Shown one piece after another: positions 7,935 to 17,226 of a stretch of DNA of 64,000 nucleotides. The position numbers and the translations under genes are program-made. Source of the stretch: Candidatus Nanopelagicales bacterium (GTDB lineage Bacteria > Actinomycetota > Actinomycetes > S36-B12); contig JAGYJJ010000002.1 of the NCBI GenBank assembly GCA_018402235.1, forward strand, positions 185,251 to 249,250. The letters run 5' to 3'. Within the stretch, counting starts at the first letter, position 1; each line of letters opens with the position of its first letter. Below the pieces are notes generated by a model. That model was not told the DNA's origin, did not search any database, and worked only from the letters and a program-made list of their open reading frames with translations.

Positions 7935-8936
7935 TCAGCCCTGGTCCACACTCACCGGCAGCCCGGTGCGTACCGATTCCCAGGCCGCCAACCCGATCGC
8001 CACCGGTGCTCGACCATCCGCGCCGCTGACCGGGGAAGGACCACCGTCGGTTACATAGGAGACGAAAGCAGCCCACTCGCGCCGGTAACTATCCATGTAA
8101 CGATCGAGGAAGAAGTACGGCAGATTCGCACCGTGTCGCTGATCGGCAGTGAAGACCATCGCGGTGGTTTTGTTCGGGTTCTCCGACAGCGCCATGCCCG
8201 CGGAACCGAAGACCTCCAAACGCTGGTCGTAGCCGTAGACAGCTTGGCGGGAGTTGTCGATCGTGGTGATGACACCGTTGGCATGTGTCAAGGTCACAAC
8301 CGCGGTATCAAGGTCGCCGGCCTCGCCGATAGCCGGATCCACCCGGACAGCTCCGATCGCATACACCTGCAGCACCGGTGAACCAACAACGAAGCGAGCC
8401 ATATCGAAGTCGTGGATCATCATGTCCACGAAAATGCCACCGCTCACCTTGATGTACTCAACCGGTGGGGGCGCCGGGTCGCGGCTGGAAATTCGTGCCA
8501 GGTGCGGCTCTCCCACGTCTCCTGCGGCCACAACCTGCTGCACCGCGGCGTGAGAAGGGTCGAACCGGCGATTGAAGCCGACCATGAATGGCACACCAGC
8601 TGCCTGCACCGCCGCTAAAGCCCTATCCACCTCAGCCAAATCCAAACTGACCGGCTTCTCGCAGAAGATCGCCTTACCGGCTGCCGCAGCACGCTCAATG
8701 AGGTCTACGTGCGTGTCGGTGCTGCTACAAACAGCAATGGCATCCACATCCGGGGAAGCCAGCATCTCCTCGTAACTCATCGCCGGCACCTGGAACTCAG
8801 ACGCCACCTCGGCGGCGCCCGTTGCATAGACATCGAAGACTCCGGCAAGACTCGCTCCGGGGGTTTCGCGCGCGATGATCCCAGCGTGCATCCGACCGAT
8901 TCGCCCAACACCGGCAACACCGATACGCACCGTCAT
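7935..8936 (-). CDS. iolG: inositol 2-dehydrogenase-like Gfo/Idh/MocA oxidoreductase
   Basis: ATG at 8936 is preceded by AAAGGAGAG. It has GVAGVGRIGRMH (Rossmann), FCEKP and GFNRRFDP, and lies in an iol context. Confidence 0.7.
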   Translation of the reverse strand: MTVRIGVAGVGRIGRMHAGIIARETPGASLAGVFDVYATGAAEVASEFQVPAMSYEEMLASPDVDAIAVCSSTDTHVDLIERAAAAGKAIFCEKPVSLDLAEVDRALAAVQAAGVPFMVGFNRRFDPSHAAVQQVVAAGDVGEPHLARISSRDPAPPPVEYIKVSGGIFVDMMIHDFDMARFVVGSPVLQVYAIGAVRVDPAIGEAGDLDTAVVTLTHANGVITTIDNSRQAVYGYDQRLEVFGSAGMALSENPNKTTAMVFTADQRHGANLPYFFLDRYMDSYRREWAAFVSYVTDGGPSPVSGADGRAPVAIGLAAWESVRTGLPVSVDQG

Positions 8937-8971
8937 TCGACTCTCCTTTGAGTAACTCACTTGAACCCTGA

Positions 8972-8997
8972 ACGACGAAACGGGGCCGAAGCCCCGT
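8972..8997 (-). terminator. intrinsic-terminator-like hairpin after the ABC ATPase gene
   Basis: The minus strand reads ACGGGGC-TTCG-GCCCCGT followed by TTTCGTCGTT. Confidence 0.5.
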
Positions 8998-9020
8998 CTC
9001 ATCTTGCCGCATTGCGGCCC

Positions 9021-9803
9021 TTACATGTTCTCCAACTCATGCGCCAGCGCCTCAAGCTCCGCGCCACCGGCCATCGCCTGGACCAATTCATCCCGGGAGA
9101 CTTCCGAGCGCGCGTATTCAGCCATCATTTGTCCGCGATTGAGCAGGTAGAAGCGATCTCCTACTAGATAGGCGTGGTGCGGGTTATGCGTGATGAACAC
9201 CACGGCAACTCCGCGCTCCTTGGCTTGCAGGATGTACTTCAAAACCACGCCAGACTGCTTGACACCCAGCGCACTGGTGGGTTCGTCGAGGATGAGCACA
9301 TTCGCTCCGAAGTGCACCGCACGGGCAATCGCCACGGCCTGGCGCTCGCCACCTGACAGGGTTCCTACCGGTTGCTCCGGGTCACGGATGTCGATGCCCA
9401 TGTCCAGTAGTTCGGCCTTACAGATGGACTTCGCCTTCTTGGCGTTGAGGCGACGAAAGGGCCAAGGCCACTCGGTGGGTTCATTGCCCAGGAAGAAGTT
9501 TCGCCACACCGACATAAGCGGCACAGTGGCAAGGTCCTGGAACACCGTGGCAATGCCCTCGACAAGCGCGTCACGTGGCGACGTGAACCTCTTGGGCTCC
9601 CCCTTAACCAGGAGTTGGCCCTCGGTCGGCTCGTAGACACCACTGAGGATCTTGATCAGCGTCGACTTTCCTGCACCGTTGTCGCCCAAGACGCACGTGA
9701 CGCTTCCGTTATCGACATGCATGGACACGTTGCGCAGGGCAATCACACTGCCAAAACTCATGGAGACATCGACCAATTGAAGGGCGGGGGTCGCGTCGGT
9801 CAT
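9021..9803 (-). CDS. sugar ABC transporter ATP-binding protein
   Basis: Walker [10 protein letters not shown], signature [14 protein letters not shown], Walker [12 protein letters not shown]. Confidence 0.9.
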   Translation of the reverse strand: MTDATPALQLVDVSMSFGSVIALRNVSMHVDNGSVTCVLGDNGAGKSTLIKILSGVYEPTEGQLLVKGEPKRFTSPRDALVEGIATVFQDLATVPLMSVWRNFFLGNEPTEWPWPFRRLNAKKAKSICKAELLDMGIDIRDPEQPVGTLSGGERQAVAIARAVHFGANVLILDEPTSALGVKQSGVVLKYILQAKERGVAVVFITHNPHHAYLVGDRFYLLNRGQMMAEYARSEVSRDELVQAMAGGAELEALAHELENM

Positions 9804-10849
9804 TTTCGAACTCCCTGGAATCTGCGGCTGATGAGCGAGTTAACCAACACGGCGGCGAACAAGATCAACCCGAGGAACAGCCAGGACCAGTCGGTGTTCC
9901 AGCGAGCGTAGGCGATACCGATGAAAGCCATACCGATGATGGCAGAACCGATCGCACCACCGATGGCCGATCCGTATCCACCGGTGAGCAAACATCCACC
10001 CACAACCGCGGCGATGATGAAGACGAACTCCTCGCCCACGCCTTGACCTGCCTGCATGGACCGCAGGCGAAGCAAACTGATGATGCCCACGAGTGCGGCG
10101 GACATGGAGGTCAACATGAACAAAGTGATCTTGGTTCGCCTCACCGGAACTCCGGTGTTACGAGCGGCGTTCTTGTCACCACCCACTGCAAAAATCCAGT
10201 TGCCAAACTTGGTGCGCGTTAACACCCATGTGGCGATCGCCACTAGCACGAACCACCACACGACAGCAATCTTGAAGTTATAGGGCGCAATGATTTCCGA
10301 GGCAAACACCAATCGTGCGCTATCGAATCCGACCCCTTCATCCACGCCCGCTACGCGAACGGTATCCGTGATTGCTTTCGTCACGCCGAGGTTGACGCCG
10401 CGCAGCGAGAAGAACATTGCCAGAGTCACAATGAAGGACGGGAGTCCGGTGGTCATGACGAGCCAGCCGTTAGTGAAACCGATGCCGGCAGCGAAAACGA
10501 AGGTAAGGGCTATGGCGAGCCACACGCCCATGTTGTATTCGGTGATGAGCAAACCCGCGAACAGACCAGACGTACCAATCATCACACCGGCCGACAAATC
10601 GAATTCCCCACCGATCATCAGCAGGGATACCGCCACGACCACAATGCCGGTGGTTGCCGCAACGTCGGTCCAGCGAGCGGCACCGGTGAGGCCGGAGAAC
10701 GTGCCGGTCTGGTCGACAACGGAGAAGAAGATGTACACAACGATCAGGCCCATCAGGGCACCGATCTCGGGCCGGCGCATCAGGCGCGTGATGACACTGG
10801 TCTTTGCCACCCGCTCGTCGGCGGAAACGGTGGTAGTCGACATGACCAA
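9800..10849 (-). CDS. sugar ABC transporter permease (ribose/xylose-type, BPD_transp_2)
   Basis: 349-aa polytopic ORF with a 4-nt overlap with the ATPase gene. Confidence 0.88.
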   Translation of the reverse strand: MVMSTTTVSADERVAKTSVITRLMRRPEIGALMGLIVVYIFFSVVDQTGTFSGLTGAARWTDVAATTGIVVVAVSLLMIGGEFDLSAGVMIGTSGLFAGLLITEYNMGVWLAIALTFVFAAGIGFTNGWLVMTTGLPSFIVTLAMFFSLRGVNLGVTKAITDTVRVAGVDEGVGFDSARLVFASEIIAPYNFKIAVVWWFVLVAIATWVLTRTKFGNWIFAVGGDKNAARNTGVPVRRTKITLFMLTSMSAALVGIISLLRLRSMQAGQGVGEEFVFIIAAVVGGCLLTGGYGSAIGGAIGSAIIGMAFIGIAYARWNTDWSWLFLGLILFAAVLVNSLISRRFQGVRK

Positions 10850-10873
10850 CTCCCAAAACTTCGGGCCGCTAGA

Positions 10874-10906
10874 CCGTGGGCGAGGCGCATTGCGCCTCGC
10901 CCACGG
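10874..10906 (-). other. intercistronic stem-loop (15-bp perfect stem, 3-nt loop) between the binding-protein and permease genes
   Basis: CCGTGGGCGAGGCGC-ATT-GCGCCTCGCCCACGG, read directly from the sequence. Confidence 0.6.
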
Positions 10907-10926
10907 AACCTAGCAACGGATCCGAT

Positions 10927-11931
10927 CTAGCGGGTGCCGTTTGCAGCCAGTTCCTGCACCAACTCCGCGTTGTCCTGAACCACGAAGCCTGGGCCGGTGT
11001 ACATCGGCTGTCCACCGCCGAGCTCGTGTCCGTTGAGCAGGTTCAGGTAGAGCAGAACCACGGACATGTAGCCCTGGGCGTACTGCTGCTGGTCAATCGC
11101 GAAGGCGAGGTCGCCGTCCGCGATGGCCTGAACTGCATCACCCGACAGGTCGACTGTGCCAATCGTGATGTCACGACCAACTGCCTGGGCAGCCGGCAGA
11201 GCAGCAGCGGTGGCGATGTCGGCGTTCAACGCGAAAACACCGTCGATCGAGGGATCTGCCTCGAGCACGGCCTGGATCTCCGCCTGGCTCTGGGCGAGGT
11301 CGCCAAGGCCGGCGCTCAGCTGCAGGTTCTCAACGTTGCCGAAGGTGTCAGCAGCACCATCGCACCGCTCCTGGAGACCGATGTTGTTCTGCTCTTGGAT
11401 CGGGCAGAGAACCTTGGTCACGCCGGCTTCCTGGAACTTCAGGCCAGCCTCTTGACCGGCGATGAACTCGTCTTGGCCCACGTGGGTAAAGGCACCGAGG
11501 TCCTTGAACACCGCGCTTCCGGAGTTCATGGTCACGATCGACACACCTGCAGCCTCAGCAGCGGCGAGTGCGTCCTTCAGCGCATCCGGGTTCGGAGCCG
11601 AAACGGCGATGCCTTCGCAACCGGCGGAAACGTCGGCCTCAATCAGCTGTGCCTGAAGTTCGGCATCGTTGGTGGTCTCCTGGTAGCTGAAGTCGACACC
11701 GAGGTCAGCCGCAGCGCGGTCAGCACCAGCCTTGGCAACCGACCAGAAGCCGCCGCCATCACCGTGGGTGACCATGCAGATCTTGTACTCAGAGTTGTCT
11801 GGTCCCGAGGAACCAGAACCCTCGGCGGCGGTATCACCGTCAGCCGCGCTATCGCTGCTGTCAGAACTACACCCCGCCAATACCAAGGCCGACGCCGCAA
11901 CGGCGGCGATGGCAAGTTTGCCTACCTTCAT
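10927..11931 (-). CDS. sugar ABC transporter substrate-binding lipoprotein
   Basis: Signal peptide plus lipobox (LVLAGCSS) and a periplasmic-binding-protein type I fold pattern. Confidence 0.85.
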   Translation of the reverse strand: MKVGKLAIAAVAASALVLAGCSSDSSDSAADGDTAAEGSGSSGPDNSEYKICMVTHGDGGGFWSVAKAGADRAAADLGVDFSYQETTNDAELQAQLIEADVSAGCEGIAVSAPNPDALKDALAAAEAAGVSIVTMNSGSAVFKDLGAFTHVGQDEFIAGQEAGLKFQEAGVTKVLCPIQEQNNIGLQERCDGAADTFGNVENLQLSAGLGDLAQSQAEIQAVLEADPSIDGVFALNADIATAAALPAAQAVGRDITIGTVDLSGDAVQAIADGDLAFAIDQQQYAQGYMSVVLLYLNLLNGHELGGGQPMYTGPGFVVQDNAELVQELAANGTR

Positions 11932-12014
11932 GAATGACCTCCTTGGCGCCCGATGGACGCATCGTCACTACGTTGCGCTCGCAGACTCCCGGGATTCCCC
12001 CGTTACTAGAGACT

Positions 12015-12028
12015 TTGGAACGCTCCAA
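12015..12028. promoter_or_regulatory. LacI-family-like operator TTGGAACGCTCCAA (6 of 7 palindromic pairs, central CG)
   Basis: About 85 nt upstream of the binding-protein start. A near-identical copy occurs at 16152-16165. Confidence 0.5.
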
Positions 12029-12114
12029 TACCCGTAGTGTTGTGTGTCGTACGACGGATGGGAAGTGCTCTCGGCCATCAGTTACCAAGTCGTTACCGCC
12101 GACTGCCTCGCCTT

Positions 12115-12179
12115 ACGGGGCGAAGTTACGGGGCGAAGTCACGGGGCGAAGTCACGGGGCGAAGTTACGGGGCGAGGTC
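12115..12179. repeat. tandem repeat, 5 x 13 bp (ACGGGGCGAAGTY; the last unit is degenerate)
   Basis: Read directly from the sequence. The final units overlap the last codons and TAA stop of the minus-strand oxidoreductase gene (stop at 12165-12167). Confidence 0.95.
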
Positions 12180-13334
12180 GACCACGGGCTCCCAGCGCCG
12201 AGATGTCCACGAATCGATAAGTGCCTGCTGGACGCTGACGACGTCCACGGCCTCCCGGAAACTTGGGCTGAAACGGTCTCCCCCAGCCAGCGATTCCAAG
12301 AAAACATGGTCTTCGATGGTCACGAGGTCCTCGAAGCCGATCGCGTTCGCCTGACCGGGCACGAAGGCTCCGTGGAACGGGAATCGATCGCCGCCGTAGA
12401 TCGTGGTGTAACCGGAACTCAGGTCGTCGGTGAGCCGGTAGTAGCGCAACTCGTTCAGTGTCTCAAGATTCCACGCCAACGCCCCCTTGGTTCCGTAGAC
12501 CTCGAAGGTGTTTTGGCTTTCTGGACCCACCATGGTTCGGCTGGCTTCGAATGTCCCGGTGGCGCCACCAGCGAATGTGCACAACATCGAGGCGAAGTCC
12601 TCGTTTTCCACCGCGCCCTTGGGGTCTTCGGGTTTGCCGCGTCCATAGTGACCCGCCGAACCCTGAGCCACAGGCCGGTGCGTGATGGTGGTGTTCTTCA
12701 TTCCAATCACTTCGGTGATCGGACCTACGAGGAACTGTGCCATCGATACCGAGTGACTCAAGATGTCGCTGGTCACTCCGTATCCGGCCTGATCCAAAAA
12801 GAAGCGCCAGGTGAGTAGTCCGAGTTCGTCGCTGCCGTACATAGACAGGAAATGACCACGGTAGTGCGTGATCTCTCCGAGCTGGCCTGATTCGATGATG
12901 GACTTGGCGTGGATAACGAGCGGAGCCCACAGATAGTTGTAACCGACACCCGTCGCAACGTTTGCCGCACTTGCGGCTTGATAGGCCGCAACAGCTTGCT
13001 CCGGCTTGCCGCCGATCGGCTTCTCGCTGAACACGGACTTTCCGGCAGCCGTTGCCGCTTCGATCATGGGCACATGCAACATGTTCGGCGCCGTAACCCA
13101 CACTGCATCGACGTCGTCGGCGTTAACGGCCTCGCGCCAGTCCTCGACCGATCGCTCGAATCCGAAATCCTCAACCGCCCGCGTGCGCCGCGATTCCTCG
13201 GTATCTGCGCACACGACTAGCCGAGGTGTGACATCCCTGTCGGGAAACAGCGAAGGGATGCGCAGCATCGAGCGACTGTGCGCCTGCCCCATCCAGCCCA
13301 GACCCAAAACAGCCACACCGATCGTCTTCTTCAT
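12165..13334 (-). CDS. Gfo/Idh/MocA family oxidoreductase
   Basis: Contains GVAVLGLGWMGQAHS (Rossmann) and FSEKP; 389 aa. Confidence 0.85.
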   Translation of the reverse strand: MKKTIGVAVLGLGWMGQAHSRSMLRIPSLFPDRDVTPRLVVCADTEESRRTRAVEDFGFERSVEDWREAVNADDVDAVWVTAPNMLHVPMIEAATAAGKSVFSEKPIGGKPEQAVAAYQAASAANVATGVGYNYLWAPLVIHAKSIIESGQLGEITHYRGHFLSMYGSDELGLLTWRFFLDQAGYGVTSDILSHSVSMAQFLVGPITEVIGMKNTTITHRPVAQGSAGHYGRGKPEDPKGAVENEDFASMLCTFAGGATGTFEASRTMVGPESQNTFEVYGTKGALAWNLETLNELRYYRLTDDLSSGYTTIYGGDRFPFHGAFVPGQANAIGFEDLVTIEDHVFLESLAGGDRFSPSFREAVDVVSVQQALIDSWTSRRWEPVVDLAP

Positions 13335-13341
13335 CTTTGAC

Positions 13342-14241
13342 CTACTTCACTCGTCCGGCAGCCGAGGTCATCGGCAGCCGCGGATCTTGTTCTTGATTAG
13401 CCCAGGACTCGCGAATCCAATGCTGCGAGGGGTCGTCGCAAAAAGCCATGGTCCGATCTTCGCCCGGCCCGGCCAGAACGTTGAGGAAGTACATCGGGTA
13501 CTCCGGGTTAGCAACGGTAGGGCCGTGAAAACCCTCCGGAACAAGATACGTGTCCTGATCGACAACGCTGAGCGTTTCGTCATGGCTGCCATCAACTGTG
13601 TACAGCCGGAACAAGCCCGAGCCCGTGGGATCCCCGTGTGGACCGTCTTGTCGACCGATCCGGAAGTAGTAAATCTCTTCGTTCATCGTGACGCAATCGC
13701 CGATTCCATCGTGGCGGTGCGGTGGCCACGAGGACCAGTTCCCTCCGGGGGTGATGACCTCGCACACATTGATCTTGTGTGCACCAGCAAAGGAATCGGG
13801 CGTGGCGTAATTCGTCACCTGTCGGGTTGACCGCCCCGCGCCGCGAACCTCAACCGGGACTGATTCCGCTGATCCGTAGTGGACCGGGAAGGTCTGCGAG
13901 GCTCGCGCGGTGACGATCGCTACCTCACCACTTTCGCCGGCGATGGCAACCTGTGAGCCCACCGGCACGTAGATCCAGTCCGAGACTGCGGCGAAAACGC
14001 CTTCGCGCCCGCGCATCGGAAACTCTTGCCCGTCGACCGTGACAACGAAATCACGCGCGGACAGCGAAACCAACACACCTTCTTCGCCGTCCAGCGTGAA
14101 TGCCACTGGGTCCCCCGGACGCAACCTGTACACGTGCATACCGCAATAGGTCCACCCAGCAGACTCCGGTGTGATGCGTAGATCGGCACGCCCCTGCGCC
14201 GCGCTGCCAGCCGGGATCAACCATCGGCGTTCTTCACTCAC
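13342..14241 (-). CDS. iolB: 5-deoxy-glucuronate isomerase
   Basis: Carries the GGNWSSWPPHRHD motif and shows overall similarity to IolB. Confidence 0.85.
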   Translation of the reverse strand: MSEERRWLIPAGSAAQGRADLRITPESAGWTYCGMHVYRLRPGDPVAFTLDGEEGVLVSLSARDFVVTVDGQEFPMRGREGVFAAVSDWIYVPVGSQVAIAGESGEVAIVTARASQTFPVHYGSAESVPVEVRGAGRSTRQVTNYATPDSFAGAHKINVCEVITPGGNWSSWPPHRHDGIGDCVTMNEEIYYFRIGRQDGPHGDPTGSGLFRLYTVDGSHDETLSVVDQDTYLVPEGFHGPTVANPEYPMYFLNVLAGPGEDRTMAFCDDPSQHWIRESWANQEQDPRLPMTSAAGRVK

Positions 14242-14262
14242 AACCGGACTCCTTCGTGTCGA

Positions 14263-15168
14263 CTAAGGGTTCTTAAGTGACGGGTGCACAATCTGCGCAG
14301 CGGCGGCTACCGCGCCCTCAACGTCGCCGTCTTCGGGATACACCAGCGCGCGACCAGCTACCAGACCGCGAACATTCGGCTCAGCCATCGCAGCCTGCCA
14401 TCCGGCGAACGTTTGATCTGAATTCGCTCCCGGATCGCCACCGAGCATCACGATCGGCATCGTGGTGGTTGCAGCGACTTTTGCCATGTCCGGCGACGCC
14501 GGCAGTTTCAGCCACGTGTATGCCGACGACGATCCCAAACCGGAGGCGATTGCCACCACCTTGATGAGGCGCTCGGTCGAGGTATCCAACCGCGCTCTCC
14601 CGTTCTCATCGATCAGGTACGGCAGCGGCTCGATCATGTTCATGAGTTTGCGATCAGCCAGTTCCGTCGAGATCGCCGCCACCATCTCCAAAGTTCGCGC
14701 CACCCCGGGATCGGTGTCCTCGATGCGCAGGAGCGTTTTGCCCCCATCCAGGCCGTAGTCAGCAATGTGATCGGCGTCGTAAGCAGTCAATCGATCATCG
14801 AGTTCCCACCTGGCCCCGATGATGCCGCCGCGATTCATCGTGCCGATCGCCACCACGCCCTCAAGCGCGCCCAGCCAGGCCAACTCCTCGAAAATGTCGG
14901 CACTGGCCATCACACCGTCCACTCCGGGAACGGCCAGGGCTCGAATCACCCGATCCAAGAGCGTGTATCGATCAGCGACCGCGAGCGGGTCGGACCCCGC
15001 AGCGAGCATTCCTCGCGCCGTGTGATCTACGGCAATGATCAGCAAATTGCCATCGGGGCCAACTAAGTCACGACGCTTACGCTGTTGCAGGGCACGCTGC
15101 AGTGACTCCGGTCGACGAATCCGGGCTTCGATGAGAGCCGAGTAATCCGCACGTTCCAAGCGATTCAC
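14263..15168 (-). CDS. IolJ-like aldolase / Cgl0159-family (beta/alpha)8 protein (probable 5-dehydro-2-deoxyphosphogluconate aldolase role)
   Basis: GTG at 15168 overlaps the iolC stop (GTGA). The family assignment rests on position after iolC and recalled similarity; the longer track ORF is an upstream extension. Confidence 0.6.
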   Translation of the reverse strand: MNRLERADYSALIEARIRRPESLQRALQQRKRRDLVGPDGNLLIIAVDHTARGMLAAGSDPLAVADRYTLLDRVIRALAVPGVDGVMASADIFEELAWLGALEGVVAIGTMNRGGIIGARWELDDRLTAYDADHIADYGLDGGKTLLRIEDTDPGVARTLEMVAAISTELADRKLMNMIEPLPYLIDENGRARLDTSTERLIKVVAIASGLGSSSAYTWLKLPASPDMAKVAATTTMPIVMLGGDPGANSDQTFAGWQAAMAEPNVRGLVAGRALVYPEDGDVEGAVAAAAQIVHPSLKNP

Positions 15169-16142
15169 GCAGTGCCGCCCTTCGTTCCGCCTCCACTGAT
15201 GATCGTTTCCACCGTCTCCGCGGTGGGCATGGCATCTGCACAGGTCAATTGTGTTGCCACGTAAGCGCCGGCCCCATTCGCGAATGCGCCGATCCGCTCG
15301 AGGTCCCACCCCGAGAGCAGGCCGTGGACTAGTGCTCCGCCAAAAGCATCGCCAGCTCCGAGGCCACACAGCACATCGATGGCCAGGGGTTGTACCCGCA
15401 CCCGCGATTGCGCGTCGGCGAGGAGTACTCCGCCGCCCCCAAGTTTCACAATCGCTGTCCGCACGCCGCGAGCAAGTAGTTCATCGGCCACAGCGTCGGG
15501 GTCATCGACACCGAGCGCCATGTCGCACTCGACACGGTTACCGACAACAACGCTGCTTTGTGCGATAGCGCGCTGTGCTGCTTCACGTGCAACCTCAACA
15601 CTCGACCATAACGAAGGGCGATAGTCCAGATCAAGAACAGTGTCCTTGTCTGGGCGCCTGCCTCGTGCTTCCAACCAGGCAAATGATGCGTCGGCCGTGC
15701 TGCCCTGGGCGAGTGCACCGACGCTCATCCAAAAAACCCGACAATCGCGGATGTCAGACTCAGGAACGTCGTCCACGGTCACGGTGGTATCCGGGGCCGC
15801 CGGTCCGCGGTAGAAGATAATCTGCGGATCCTCCGGCGGCGCCAATGCTGCAAGGACTACCGGAGTCAAAGCCGATTCGTCGCGGCCAACAAAGCGCGTA
15901 TCAACGCCCCACTCCCTTAGCCGCGCCACTACGTAGTCGCCCAGTGCGTCCGCCCCCACCTTGGTAACGATGGCTGCCGAGTGCCCATAGCGAGCAACAG
16001 CAACCGCGACGTTGGTGGGGCTCCCACCCACCGATTTGCGGAAGGTTTGCGGATCGGTGAACGCAGCATCGACCTCCTGGGCATAGAGGTCCACGCTGAC
16101 CCGCCCGACGGTGATCACCTCGGGTGCGCCTGCTGCGCTCAC
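15165..16142 (-). CDS. iolC: 5-dehydro-2-deoxygluconokinase (PfkB family)
   Basis: PfkB motifs GGSPTNVAV and GAGDAFGGAL. GTG at 16142 lies 5 nt after AAGGAG; ATG at 16205 is an alternative start. Confidence 0.85.
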   Translation of the reverse strand: MSAAGAPEVITVGRVSVDLYAQEVDAAFTDPQTFRKSVGGSPTNVAVAVARYGHSAAIVTKVGADALGDYVVARLREWGVDTRFVGRDESALTPVVLAALAPPEDPQIIFYRGPAAPDTTVTVDDVPESDIRDCRVFWMSVGALAQGSTADASFAWLEARGRRPDKDTVLDLDYRPSLWSSVEVAREAAQRAIAQSSVVVGNRVECDMALGVDDPDAVADELLARGVRTAIVKLGGGGVLLADAQSRVRVQPLAIDVLCGLGAGDAFGGALVHGLLSGWDLERIGAFANGAGAYVATQLTCADAMPTAETVETIISGGGTKGGTA

Positions 16143-16151
16143 ATTGACTCC

Positions 16152-16165
16152 TTGGAACGGTCCAA
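16152..16165. promoter_or_regulatory. LacI-family-like operator TTGGAACGGTCCAA
   Basis: Lies in the divergent iolC/oxidoreductase intergenic region and overlaps the iolC ribosome-binding site. It is the same motif as at 12015-12028. Confidence 0.5.
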
Positions 16166-16227
16166 AATGCTCGGCGATCGTGTCACACTTGGTGCTCCTG
16201 GGCAAGGCTCACGCGATCGGAGGGTAC

Positions 16228-17226
16228 GTGCGGATTCTCGTAATAGGCGCCGGACGAATGGGCGAGATCCGGGCCACCGACCTATCCGCCGATTCCCGGG
16301 TCGACGAGGTACTCATCACCAATCGCACCGCACCGCGCGCCGAGCACCTGGCCGATCGCCTCGGGGCCATTACCGTCGCGTGGGACCAAGCGGCAACCAC
16401 CGAAGCGGATGCCTATGTGATGGCTCTCGCGACGGATGCGCACGGCCACCTACTCGAAGCGCTGCTTCGCCACGGAAAACCCATTTTGTGTGAGAAGCCG
16501 ATAGCACTCACGATCGCCGATACCGAGCAAATTTGCGCCCGAGTTGAGGAAACCAAAACGCAGATGCAGATCGGCTTCCAACGTCGATTTGACGACGGCA
16601 TCGGGCGCGTCCATCGTGCGATCGGCGACGGGGAACTCGGACATCTCTATGACCTCGTGCTCGCATCGCGCGACCACACACCACCGTCACAGGAGTTCCT
16701 GCCCGGAAGCGGCGGAATCTTCCGTGACCTGCACGTTCACGACCTCGATCTCGTGGCGTGGCTCGCTGGATCCCCGATCGCAACTGTTCAGGCCACACGC
16801 GCGATTCGCGGTGAGGGTCACTACGCGGATTTCAACGACGCCGACATCACGCGGATAATCGCTGTGACGGAGTCCGGTGTTCCTGCATCCGTTTCCGGTG
16901 CCCGACACAACGCCCGAGGCCACGATGTCCGCCTGGAAGCGTTCGGCTCGAAAGACTCCCTGAGCGCTGGAATAACCGCGCGAACTCCCCTGCACACGGT
17001 AGATGGGCCAGAAGTGGGGATCGACCATGATCCTTACACCGGATTCATCGACCGTTTTCGCGAAGCATTCCGCGCAGAAACCGCAGCCTTCGTGGACCTG
17101 GTACTCGGTGGCGCGAATCCCTGTCCACCCCAGGCCGCCCTCGATGCCATGCGCGCCGCGGTGGCGTGTGAGGTTTCGGTACGCACTGGTCGCACGGTGC
17201 ATGTGAAGGACATCGCCGATGAGTGA
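16228..17226 (+). CDS. Gfo/Idh/MocA family oxidoreductase
   Basis: GTG at 16228 follows GGAGGG. It has ILVIGAGRMG, LCEKP and GFQRRFD. Confidence 0.8.
   Translation: MRILVIGAGRMGEIRATDLSADSRVDEVLITNRTAPRAEHLADRLGAITVAWDQAATTEADAYVMALATDAHGHLLEALLRHGKPILCEKPIALTIADTEQICARVEETKTQMQIGFQRRFDDGIGRVHRAIGDGELGHLYDLVLASRDHTPPSQEFLPGSGGIFRDLHVHDLDLVAWLAGSPIATVQATRAIRGEGHYADFNDADITRIIAVTESGVPASVSGARHNARGHDVRLEAFGSKDSLSAGITARTPLHTVDGPEVGIDHDPYTGFIDRFREAFRAETAAFVDLVLGGANPCPPQAALDAMRAAVACEVSVRTGRTVHVKDIADE

Noticed and set aside
10876-11937. 353-aa plus-strand ORF
   Set aside because: It lies exactly antisense to the well-supported substrate-binding lipoprotein gene and has a low-complexity, motif-free translation. 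This is a typical high-GC antisense artefact.
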